DNA from: Catajapyx aquilonaris
Lineage: Eukaryota
Direction of reading: 5' to 3'
Assembly: GCA_000934665.2 (NCBI GenBank)
Contig: KZ538726.1
Coordinates: forward strand, 1-51,038
DNA length: 51,038 nt
The notes beneath the pieces were generated by a model that saw only the letters and a program-made list of their open reading frames with translations, had not been told where the DNA came from and ran no database searches. Shown in pieces: positions 11,282 to 23,818 of the stretch (within the stretch, counting starts at the first letter, position 1; every line of letters starts with the position of its first letter). Made by a program: the position numbers and the translations under genes.

Positions 11282-13920
11282 AGCCTGTGTTGTGGACTAT
11301 AGCGCTATATTCTATACGTAGCCTATTTTTTATCCTCTGCTCCTATGCGGATGATACAAAACCATCTGACATAGTTTATCCTACACGTTTAAAATTGAAA
11401 TGTGAAAATTTTTATATGTTTATTTATTGATTGATTGATTTAAGTAACTCCATTGTTGGGGCGGAGCCCCTCTAGGGGGAGAAATTTTTGATATATACTA
11501 CTGTAGAACTGAACTAGTCTATAGAAAATTGCATAAAGCCTTGGGTCAGTTGCCTTGTACAGTAATCAGGATTATTGGATAGACTGTCTAATTCTGCAGA
11601 GCAATTATGTTAGGCTACTGTAGGTACTTGTTATTTAGTTACACAATGATTCTGAATTTCCGTTTAGTAATGGACCTTTGGATCATATTGCCATTGAACG
11701 TCAGTGATAGAAAGCATTTTTGCCATTCCGATCCCCGTTGCAGCAGGTTGCAGCCAAGGTTTCAGGCTATACGTACAACAGTGAGCTCAACCTAATGTCA
11801 CCAGCTAATACTGTTTACAACTACTAGAAGTAACTACTCAAAGCAGCCCGCGTCTTGTGCATGGTGGTCTTGCGGAAGACTTCATTCCATTTTACAAATG
11901 ACGATGGCGCTGCAAACACTAGAGTCCCCACAATGCTGCTCAGTCGGGGGGCATGCAGGGGAAAAGCCAACAACTGAGCAACCCGAGTGGTAGGAGCTCA
12001 GGAGGTGGCAAGAGATGGAAGAGTCCCATGCTCAGCGGTGGCAATTCAAACTCGGCCAGCTCAGATAACTATGACACTGACTGTGCGGAGGTGGATGGAA
12101 TTTCATTACTTGGCAGAGTCGACGGGACCCCAGTTGATGGGTGGAACTGTGACAAATGTCGCGGTTACACCCATCATCATCTCTGCCAATTAATTTAATG
12201 AGAGTAATTAAGAACGGAAGGGGAGAGTATGCTTGCAGTGGATATCTGCGTGTTAACCGCAGTCATCATAACTGGCAGGATAGTTGCTCTCGGATTGCCA
12301 GCCTAATATGAAACGACATTATGGGTCAAAGTTCGGGCATTAGCCATATACTCTTGAAGCACAAATTTCGCTACAGTCATACACCTCACCTTGTAATAAA
12401 TGACGTGCTTGGTACATTTTGATGTGACAAACGTCTTTGAAATGAAGTGTCTTTGCTCCTATAATCTTAATGAAGTGCACTCTCAGTGTTTCAGGGTTTT
12501 GGACTGGTGTTTCTGCAATGGAAGTGTGGAAACTTCATTCATCTTGTGACTAAATAGTGGAACAATGGTCCGTGTCAGCTGATATTACGGAACCTTCAGC
12601 AATTACAAATTTTGCTTAAATACTCCCCTAGTCATCCGCCGCCTTGACCATTCCGATCTCAACAATGCATCGTGCTATCATTCTCCTGCAGTTCTTGACA
12701 ATCGCAGTTATTTGTTTCCACACAGGGAACAGTAGCCTTGTTCATTATAGCTCCTCTCTCGATCCATTTTACGGTATGCCTCCTCCGAAGGGAATGCTTC
12801 ATCCTATGAGAATTCCGCATCTGCTGAGAGGTGCACATCCTGCCAAGGGACATGTCTGCGTTCCTCAAGGAAGTTACGTAAGTCTTTACGCCTGTTTTAG
12901 TTACATAAAGCTGTGTTATATCCAGCGGTTTTGGTAGCTCGCAATATTAGAACCCGTTTTCGGATTTTGAAACTGCTGCCGCATATTAGCTTCTGCACTT
13001 TTGTAAACGAATTTTAACAGTCTCTAATTTTTTCCAGTGTTTTTATCACCATGATTGCTGCAGCAAGACATGTCGAAGCTTTGGGTCGCCTCTCTTTCAA
13101 CCAATTCAAAGGTTTTGCGCCTGATGGGAAGGGAGTAGTGCCGTTTGACACAAGATGCGAAAAAAGGACATGAAAACCTACAGAGTATGTTATGTGCTTG
13201 ATATGCCTTAATGTAACGTTGTTCGTGAATGTCGGAAGAACCTGCGTGCAGTATACTTCGGAAATTTAATAAAATTACTGATGATAAGAAGGATTCCATG
13301 ATTGTGCTCTAGGTTTTATTTACAGATCATCTTTTGCGTATTTGTTGCGCATTGGCATTTTTCATCACTCATTTTTTGGGATGCGAAATGGGCATTAAAT
13401 AGGTTGTACTTGAAATAATTGGGTAAGTAATAATATTGAAGAGGTTGGAGCTCGGAGGCAAATTTAGTTTCAACTGTCTATAAATATAATTACAACAAAA
13501 ATGTGCAGATCTGCAATGCTATACGGCATCAACTTTCTGCCTCTAAACCACTGATATTCTGCAATAAAAATGTCAATTATGGACATCATTCCACTCAACC
13601 CGTTTAAAATTCAAAGTAGAAAAAAGCCCTACAAAGAATTCCATCCCAGCATCTACTGAAAAAAAACCATCTCTTATTCTCTGCCGGTCTACACCCACAC
13701 AAGTAATGATGTTGATAAATATATAATTAAAAACTTTTTAAATGCATTACTAGTAAATTGCTAATTACCCTATGCCAAACTAGCAAAGGACCTTATGAAT
13801 GAATCACACGAAAATATCAAAAGCTTTAAAAAGTGCATATTTTACAGCATCGCTGATTTTTATTTTATTTTACTGTCTTTATAACCCACCCTACTGACTC
13901 GCCGATTTATAAGTATAATG

Positions 13921-14090
13921 AAATCAGCTTGGTAAACCTGCCGGACTTCATCTGGGTCACAAGTTCAATTCCCGGAATCTACTATCTTGGTCAAGGTTTT
14001 TGTGGTTAGACTTTCTGGACGCGAATATTAGTACCTGGTATAGAATATTATCATTATATTCCGTGCAGTTCTCAAAATAGGCCACGGTCT
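13921..14090 (+). mobile_element. Degenerate copy of the same SINE family as 9239-9690
   Basis: B-box remnant AGTTCAATTCCCGG, then GGTTTTTGTGGTT and AAAATAGGCCACGG, in the same order as in the intact copy. Confidence 0.5.
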
Positions 14091-14514
14091 CTTGATATCG
14101 TAATTTTCCACCGGCCAGTGACTAATATGTAGTACAGTAATTGTTGTATAATTATTTTAAAAAAATATTGTAGCAGATTATTGTAGCAGACAATTCTATA
14201 ATAATGGTTCTTACCAACCAGTAATGATACATCTGTTACGCGAAAAATCGCAATATTTATGTAATTCTGCAATTAAATTGCTTCAACCTTCCATACGATG
14301 ATTTTTATAATAAATCATATAGAAGTTGCCAATAAAGCACTGACCGATACATCCTGTTATGTCTCACACATGGTTAGTAACTACAAGTCTCCCCCTTTTT
14401 TTTTCTTATTCTTCCTAGAAATGAACCCTGACATCGAGAGGGCATCCCGGAGAAAAGATTAACGAGGCTCAGCTATTGGTGGAAGGAGATGGTTTTTGCG
14501 CAGTCGGCAGGGTT

Positions 14515-14625
14515 TATATAGGAGAGAAGCGCGCCACCTTGGTCATTTCTTCGGTTCGCTGCCAACATTTTTCTCCATTCGCTTTGAAACACTGCATCTG
14601 GATAGCTGCCTAGATACCGGTAAGT
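14515..14625 (+). promoter_or_regulatory. TG3 core promoter and non-coding first exon
   Basis: TATATAG at 14515 and Inr-like TCATTT at 14543-14548, with the A exactly 30 nt from the TATA. A strong donor CG|GTAAGT follows at 14620, and the acceptor TTCTTGCAG ends at 16329 just before ATG 16345. This mirrors the 5'UTR intron inferred for TG1. Confidence 0.6.
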
Positions 14626-16344
14626 TTGTACTCATTGCACATCTTTCATATGTAGCATAGTGAATAATTAAAAGGTTACAATCATGACACGACTATTTTT
14701 CTACCTGTGGATGAAGATTTTGAAGATGTGCAAATTATCTTTTATATTCATGTGGGAGTCCTATTTTCTGCTAGTATTTAATTTTAAAATATATCTTATC
14801 GTCAATTCCAGTTTTAATAAATATAATGGCAGGAAAAGTAAGCTATGGCAAATGTTATAGCATTATGATATCAGATCTAATTAATCTCTCCTATACCATT
14901 TGAGAGACGTTTGGTGTAACTGATGAATATGAATTGCCATTGCGTGTATTGTTAAAAAGGTGCTGTAATTTTTATAAGGAAAATTTATCACATTATTAAT
15001 ATGCAAATTGCAGGTTTCGCTTAACGAGTCACGTTTTAAGAAATAGGTCAAGGCAGGAGAAGTTTCACTTTGTTTCCAAGAAGCTGAGCACTAGAAGTGA
15101 GCCATGACTTAAGCTGATATGCACGTGGCAACAAACAATTAGATATTATACATCTCCTGGAATTATGTCATTTGACAGGCATTTATGCTGGTCATGACAG
15201 GCCTCCTTGTTACTTTCCATGACTCCGGATGTTTTTTTGTCTCTCTGCATTGTCAAAAGGGAGGTTTAGTAAACACTTCAACTTGAACAAAAACATCAAA
15301 GCAGAGGTGACGAAAAACACCCGAAGTTATTTTCTGCAATCACAAAAAAATTATCACGTTGGTGTCATTTTGTAAAGTGAACCAGAAGAGTTTCTCATTC
15401 ACTGCTGAGTTGACATATCACAAAACGATGTGTGTCAAACACGTGTCACACTGACAGATAGGTTTGTAATTCCGGTGCGTACAATGAGATAATATGCGAT
15501 GCTGAGTGTATCTCGCTCAGAGTTCTTGTCTCCTTCATTCTAACCTTGACTCTTCCGGTAGTTATTTACATTCACTCTTTTTTTCTGCAACTTGAATGGT
15601 ATGGTACTAAAATAGATCATGTGAGTATAATAATGTCCATTTTCTCCTCTACTCATTGTATAGTGTTCCATTTTATCAAAAAATATCAATATGATCGATG
15701 TTACGCAATCCATTGCCTTGATCAGTTTTATCCGGCATGGTATGTGCAGCCATTCTTTCCCTGTATGACATAACACGGTCGATAGTTTATGACTGAGCTA
15801 CGTCTATGCATCTTGTGTTCAAGGAAATGACCTTTGCCAATGCCACTGCCCAGGAGGACGCCTGTTTTTTTATTGCTCATTCTACAGTAGGTTATAGGGT
15901 GCGAATTGATTGCATTGTTGTAAAATAAAAATAAGCAACGCTTTTACCAGGCGAGGTATACTATGTACACGTACAAGAGGTGACTGGTGAGCAGTAAATA
16001 ACATTTTGGTTAGTAAAGTCTCAAACTACATGACAGTCATTTCACACTTGTGCACATGTGTTTGCACTAACGAATTATTTTTGGAGCTTTTAGAGGTAGT
16101 TTCTTGGCTGAAGTCTCATGCAAGAAAGCCACAATCGTTTAGTTACGCGTTTGTGGTTGCAGACGTTCACCGCAAAAATTTGCAGGTCGACCTATCCTGA
16201 AGGTAAAGGTGAACTTGGCACCCTTTGGCACTATTTCCGGATTATTTAGAAACAATGTCAAATTTTGAGCAGTTGCATTTTGGGGGTTTTATTTCTTTAT
16301 AACAGTGTTGAACAATTACTTTCTTGCAGAGTTGCAGACCGAAA

Positions 16345-19300
16345 ATGGCTGGCATACGAGTTCCTCCGAGGACAACCTCATCATCTGGAAGATCGACCCG
16401 ATCAGAGGTCGATCATATTCAGTATGCAAGGTCAATGATGGCCCGATTTACGGAGGAACACCTGAGAAGAAGGGCTGCAGAAGTTGCAAGCATTATTGAC
16501 TTTTCAGGTTCAGTAATGTTACATTCCTGCTAGTCTTATATCATTGTAATATTTTCGGTTGTGCAGCTAGATCCGGTGCATCGTCAGGACCACAAGTACC
16601 GCCTCTGAAAGTGGAGCTCTTGGAGTTCTACGCCGGTGACAATGCTCGTGCCCACCACACTGACCACTACGAGCTGGTGCAGGATCTTCCTGCTACCCCG
16701 ATATTTCGTAGGGGTCAACCCTTCTACCTGGCCATGAGATTTCAGGATAGGGCCGTCAATTTTGATCAGGATATTATCAAATTCGTATTCAGTTTTGGTA
16801 AGCTTCATCTACAACATTAATGGTTATAGCCATTTATTAATATCTTGTGTAATGTAGGACACACCAGCAGCATCACAAAGGGGACCAAAGTGATTTTGCC
16901 CATCACTGGACGATCTATTTTTGGAGATGAAAAGGGCAAATGGGACACAAGGGTCACTCAACATGATGGAAGCACCCTGTCATTGCAGGTGATAAATTTA
17001 TTCATATATAAATGCAAGTCGTGCGATGTCGACGTTGATGGTTGTAAATATTTGCAGATTCAAATCCCTGCGACGGGCCAAGTGGGAATTTGGAAGTGCG
17101 AGATTGAGACAAGTCATAAGAGCAACACTGACCAAGTGGAGAAACACGTTTGCAAGGAGAATATCTATGTTCTGTTCAATCCTTTCTGTGAAGGTAAGGG
17201 TGGAGGTTTCTTCCAAAAAGGAGATATGTCAATGTCAGGAAAATCCTTGTCCTTGGCCTTCAGGGTTTAGGACATTTTTTGAATTTTAATTAGTACCTTC
17301 TGGTCAAGCAGAAGCCTGGTTTCTTAATTATTACGCAACTCAGGAATGCCGGCTATTTATTCTCTCGTTTACGACCTGTGGCGACATGACATGCCATCAT
17401 AACCTAAGCAAATAATGAGAGTCCTATCATTATTACATAACATGCATCCGGTTTCAATCCAAGGTTCTTCCAATAAATTTTTGCAGTCGACATAAATTGA
17501 ATCTAGCATGTAAAAATCTATTTTTTTTCAGACGACTTGGTATACCTAGAAGATCCTGCCCAAAGGGAAGAATACGTGATAAACGACAGCGGAAAAGTAT
17601 GGATCGGATCATACCGAAACATCACCAGCCAACGTTGGGCTTTTGGACAATTCGACGACGTGGTCCTGCCTTGTGTCATGTATCTGTTGGAAATGTCTCG
17701 ACTCAACCACACCCAGAGGGGAAATCCCGTCAAAGTAGTTCGCGCATTATCTGCAACTGTAAGGGTTTCAACTCGAAAACTGTCTCGTCTTGAGTGACGA
17801 TTCAGATGGCCTCTGTCATGCGAAACTAACATCCTCTCTCTGTGGGACAGGTGAATTCGTCTGACGACGATGGTCTTCTGCAAGGTCGCTGGGATGGAGA
17901 CTACAAAGATGGAACAGCTCCTTTCATGTGGACTGGAAGTGTCAAAATATTGGAGCAGTACCTCAAGAGTGGAGGGCAGCCGGTCAAGTATGGCCAGTGC
18001 TGGGTGTTCTCCGCCGTCACTGTCACTTGTCAGTACATGCAAATATTCCTGACTCACATAATTTTTACTGACATCTGTATTGTACAGTGTGCAGGGCCCT
18101 GGGAATCCCCTGCCGGTCGGTGACCAACTTTGTGTCTGCTCACGACACCAACCACTCGCTGACTGTGGACAAATACTTTGACATTTTTGGGGAGGAGATA
18201 CCAGGAGGTCCGGACGGGGAATGCTACGACTCCATGTGGAACTTCCATGTGTGGAACGACGTGTGGATGGGCAGGCCAGACCTTCCCAAAGGGTACGGAG
18301 GCTGGCAGGCGATTGATGCCACTCCTCAGGAAGAAAGCGAAGGTAAGATTCTTAACGCTGCGCTGTAATGATTGTCCTTATCGGACACGGGTGATAATTT
18401 TTCTTCCTTACAATCCAGCTCAAATGCAGTGCGGTCCAGCTTCGGTTGAAGCTGTTCGCAAAGGCGAAATCGGATTTTTGTACGACACGCCCTTCGTCTT
18501 TTCGGAGGTCAATGCTGACGTGTGTCACTTCAAGGAGGACCCTGAGTCAGACTGGGGGTTTTGCCGTACTAAAACTAACGAGTACCAGTAAGTATCAATA
18601 ATATTACAGATGACTTATTTGTCTAAAAAAGTTGCTGACAAAGTGTCCTGCAGCTATCAGCACTTTCGCAAGATAAACCTGCACCTTGCTGGAGTGCTGT
18701 GACGGTGGTACTGCCACAGAATACATTTGCCCGAAACAGTTTTTGACACCGCATTGTACAGTTGTAGAGAGTCAATCTTTATAATTACAGCGTGGGTCGA
18801 AAAGTGGTTACCAAGAGTGCTTATAAAGATGATGACGATGGAAACGACGATATTGAAGATATCACTGGTTTCTACAAAAATCAAGAGGGTGGGTATTAAG
18901 ACTAATAACTTAGTACACAGGTAAGTGCACTTTTATTGTTGCATGCAGGAAGTACTGCTGAACGAATGGCTGTCCTGAATGCGGTTCGAGGCTGCGACAG
19001 GGCTAAGCAGTACTACAATTACCCTGCTGGTCATGAGGACGTGACGTTTGATCTGGTTGAGATAGATGCCATACCTTATGGACAACCTTTTAAAGTTACA
19101 GTCAACTTGCAGGTAGTGTTTTCTGTTCTCGATGTCAGAAGTTGTATGCTTTAAAAATATTCTCTTATTAACCTCTTAAGAACACTTCCGATAAAGTGAG
19201 ATCAGTGGAAGCCATCCTGACGTCCAGCTCTGTTTACTACACTGGAGTCACTGCAAATCAATTGAAAAAGGCGCAGAGCAATTTTGTGGTGCAACCTAAG

Positions 19301-20373
19301 CAGCGTAAGTTATGAGTTTTAAAAGGCAAGATAGAGAGGAGGGATGCATACCTACCAGGATATTTCAAACCGTATGGGACCCCAAATGAAAGCAATCTCT
19401 ACATAAAGTGACCCTCGAATTCTCAGAATCACTTAATGAGTTTGTCCGAACCTACATGGCTGCTTACGTCAATTGGAAATAATTCAAGAAGTCACCTACT
19501 TCAAGAGTGAGACTAATGAGGACTCATGGGAAATATTCAGTAAATTATTTTCAAGTGTTCATGATCCCATATTCGACATAATCATATATCTTCTCTTTAC
19601 TTTTCGTTCGTACATTTACGCAGCGATAATATTTTATATATTGCAGGAGAAACACTGGAGATAATTGTGAAACCTAACGAATACATGGACAAGTTGGTAG
19701 ATTACAGCATGATTAAGATATATGCCATGTGCTCCGTTAGTGAGACGAAGCAAACTTGGAGCGAAGAAGATGACTTTGTGCTTGAGAAGCCCAAACTAAA
19801 CATCGAGGTAAGTTACTGAAGCAATATGTTCAGTGCAACATTGTGTCAAACTTCCCGATGAAGGAAAAAAGGAACAAAAATAAACAGGCCTTCCTTTGGT
19901 GGTCCATTTCGTCCATCAAATAAGTTTTTTGTGCTGTTACGTGCCAGAAATTACATCTGCTGTGCTGTTACTCATAAATAACTCTGTATATTTTTATGCA
20001 GAACTAATGAAAGTATTGCTTCATTTATAGATCATCACAAAACCCAAGGCTAAAAACCCGTGCCAAGTTCAGTTTTCATTTGTGAATCCTCTTCATATTG
20101 CTCTGACGGAGTGTTCATTCAGTTTTGAAGGACCGGGTCTGACAAGGCCCATTATTATATCTTTCAGGTAAGATCAATTATTGAAGCAATTATCTGAAAA
20201 ATGATATAATGAACATAAATACTTTCCACAGAGATGTGAATCCTGGAGAAACGGTGGTTCACACAGAAACATTCGTTCCCCGCCGTACAGGCCAGCGCAA
20301 GATTGTTGGAACATTCAACTCGCGCCAGATGCAGCAGGTCACAGGGTCAAAGACGATGATAATCGAGGAGTAG
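16345..20373 (+). CDS. Transglutaminase TG3 (hemocyte TG-like), 14 coding exons, about 771 aa
   Basis: Exons 16345-16507, 16567-16797, 16858-16988, 17058-17193, 17532-17758, 17851-18028, 18088-18342, 18419-18587, 18791-18888, 18949-19112, 19181-19304, 19647-19807, 20031-20167, 20232-20373 give 2316 nt, all GT-AG. Motifs [53 protein letters not shown]. Closest of the three to my recollection of Tachypleus hemocyte TG. Confidence 0.95.
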
Positions 20374-22357
20374 TGCGAATTTGGCAGGATTCAATTCATG
20401 TCTGTACTGCCATTAAAGCACAATAACACTTCAACTATATTTTTTAAAAAAATTCAAATTATCTGGCCTATTGACATTTAATGTAGCTCGTGGTAAACCT
20501 TAACAAGAACCACTATTAGAACAAACAATCACTTTCAATATCAGGAAGTTACATTTTCACAATATGTAGTCAAATATGAAATAACGTAACAAACATTAAT
20601 ATGACTTAAATCAGATAATTATTATTCCAAGTGTTGGTGTCATTAAAAACCACTTTCCTTTTTTCCATCAGTAGAGCGGATGTGAAGCACACTTTTACGC
20701 AGGTTATTTAGGCCTACGTTTTATGTAGTATATTGCATCCAGTCCACAAAACATAAGACTTTATACGTATAGACTATCAGTAGCGATTAAACACTACTTA
20801 AGATGATATTGCATCACAAAAAAGTGGTTAGTACTAATGCCATTAATGAGTATTTACGGCAACACCGACAAACTGAATATTGTAAAAGGGCACTCTATGA
20901 GAAATGTACGGTGTAAGAATGGCGCCTACATTTACAACTTGTTATACTCTTCTCTGTGGTTGGTGAATTTTACTCATTTTCATAGCCTAAAATCTGATCT
21001 GATAATAATTGACTTACAATGCTATGTTCAAATATATTTGAAAAGCCGGCTTCATTTGAAAGCAAAACTGTATCGTGCTGCTGTAGTATCTAATAAAGGT
21101 TATACAACATATTGTACGTAGGTGTATTGCTTTCGTATAAATAGTACAGTCTTTCAGAAGACCATGATGGGTGACGCCCTGAGGAAAAAGAGAAAATGCC
21201 ATAATCGCTACATTCCCTTTGAATACAATAATTGAGTTAATTGAAGAAAAAAATGTATCACAAGAATATGACAGAGGATGTTAACATCATCCTAAACGTA
21301 ACAGGGGGAGTATCAACTACACTTGTAATAGAGCTGATTTTTGATTGTCGTTTTTTAATTTTAAACATCTTTTGCGAAGAGAAGTTTTTTTACCCTCTCT
21401 GCCCTCACAACTGTATGGGTCCAGGCAACTGAGGCCACAAGGCGTTTTAAAAATAATTATGTTTGAACTAATAAACAATAATGTAAATGCACTGATTACT
21501 CTGTAGTGTATCCTTGTAATTTTTAGTACCATAAAAGGAAGGCTAGAAAAACCATTACTGAGACTCTCATATGAAGGATGTTGTTGTAGACCATGACTCT
21601 TTATCCATTGATTGTCATACAACAATATTATTCATTGTATAGCATGTACTGTACGTGGTAACATATTACGTAAATCTGGTGTGTAATCAGTGCCTGTGTG
21701 CTCCGAAATAACCTCATGAAAAAGGGTCACTATGCCACTCTTAATTTTTATTTACACAACTTCGGATAAGTAGACTTCTGCGTTCTTGCAGCACATGGTG
21801 CACTAGTTTTAAATGGTACTGCTGCTAATCTCCAGGTGACGCATCTGCATCCAATCCACAAGTACTGTACCAGAATAACCAATAAACAGCCCTCCCAGCA
21901 TTTTAGGTGGATCCCAGCTATTCTTTCACACAGTTAGTCGGTGGGGAGCAGTGTTTGCATTTCTGAAGAGAGACAGGAGGATCTTTTAGCGGCCTAAGAA
22001 GCCAAGGAAAACACACGGAGGGGGTATAAAGGGTGAGGGTTATTGTAAACTCGCGGTTCCGGATGAATTCCGATGCCCTTCATGTGGCTGGGCACATTCT
22101 GCCATTGGCGTAATTATGCGGCCACAGTGTTGAAGGCATAGAGCTCAATTCGGCAGTGGCTGACTACTCTTTGACTAAACATGGACTTGCAAAATGGGGG
22201 TGTAATGAGTTACGTGCAAAATTCTAGAAATTGAGACAAAAGTAGGACTCATAGCCTTGTGCGACCTACGCTAACACCTTCGCGACAGACCCACGCCACT
22301 TGAACACAGTGTAACTTCCGCGTACCTGCAGCACATTTTGGGCAGACCTCGTTTGAG

Positions 22358-22433
22358 ATGGGTTGGTATCGGAGGACACCATCGTCGACCCCTAGTTACC
22401 GACGTGGACGAGGCCGATACAACGTGTACCGAT
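22358..22433 (+). CDS. Candidate alternative first coding exon 1A of TG4 (MGWYRRTPSSTPSYRRGRGRYNVYR)
   Basis: ATG 22358, a 76-nt exon ending in phase 1 at a GTGAGT donor, compatible with the phase-1 acceptor at 25098. A TATAAA lies upstream at 22025. It would give an isoform of about 740 aa. Confidence 0.6.
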
Positions 22434-23818
22434 GTGAGTATTAACGTTGTTATGTGCTATAGTGTTGCATGCGGTGATGATTTTGGTACGAATTAGTTAT
22501 TTTGTGTGGGATTCTCATTAAAATACAGGCGAGTTCAAATTTGCAATGGGGAAATAATTTTTTGTGTCGTAGATGTGTAACTAGGAAGTCATGAGTTAGA
22601 CGAGTACTGGGATATACAGGGTGGTGCACCACCCATGTTCCCATATCAGGAAGGGCGTTGGGGAACTCGGTTTACTTCAAAGACCAGTAAGAGAAGCGTG
22701 ACTCTGATTGTTGCTTCTAGTCATTAACTACTAATTATTACTTCTTCATTTATACATCACCATCTTTATTTGTTTTTGTTAACACGTCACTCTGGACACT
22801 CAGTCACATCTGAGCATTTTAAACATAACTATGATTTTCTAAAGTTTGAAATGAGTTCACCTTTGTTGTCATTGTTGTGGTGACTTGCTTATAAATGGCA
22901 ACAAAGTTGAGACGATTCCTATCTTTATAAAAAAAATCAGAGTACAGCTGATTGCATAATGCCAGGCCCATTATAGCAGCCGTGAGAGCCAGCGCGCCAC
23001 TGAACCTTGAATCCTTTCATTAATGGGGCATTATGCAACGATCATTCAACACCTTCTTTTTCAAGAAACGTCTCTATAACTGTTCTAAGGCTACTCCACG
23101 TGGGGATGACCACACTCGCCCTTTATCTTACTTTTATTGCAAGTGCTTAGTCACGGGTTTATACACTTTATATCACATATTCTCACGAAGTGTTTGGGGT
23201 GACTGACTTGCCGCTTTATAGCACAATACTATACGCTACCATTATGTGTTTATGAAAGCAACAATGGCGCAATTATTATGATGCTGATTTTAACTTTAAT
23301 AATAACACGAGCATGGTATGCACCCATTTGCACTGGTATGCACTGACCTAGCAATAATGTCACTGACGCCATTGTTTCTTTCGTAGGCAATTTTGGAACA
23401 ATATCCGCATCCATTTTCTGAACCGATTGGTCCACTATAAACTCGTGACGTAATCAACTCAGTTGCAATGGGCTGCCCATGGAGCAATTGCGCCCGTGAG
23501 GACAAGGCTCGATATGTGTGTAAGTAATCTTTCAGTGAATTTTTTTTCAACCTGCTCACGATTACGCAATGTGCTATGCAGGCATGAATAAACCTCAAAA
23601 CGAATCGTTCAACTGCTAGCTCCGCAAAAAAAATATCAGACGGTAGATGGAGTGGCAAATCTTAGGCCGTTTCATGGCCAAGAGAGAGGCAGACCTGGGC
23701 AGACCCATGGTGGGGGAGTGTGTGGGGGTGAAGCTGCATCAGTCTCGTCTAGATAGCTACTGGTGGCAGTTATGAAACAGGCAGCTTGACAGGCAGTGTT
23801 TTAGTAAGTGGTGACAGT

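Noticed and set aside
1962..20373. TG1-3 as fragmented pseudogenes, as the short ORFs in the track suggest
   Set aside because: The stops fall in introns; the spliced models are open, full length and keep the catalytic residues.
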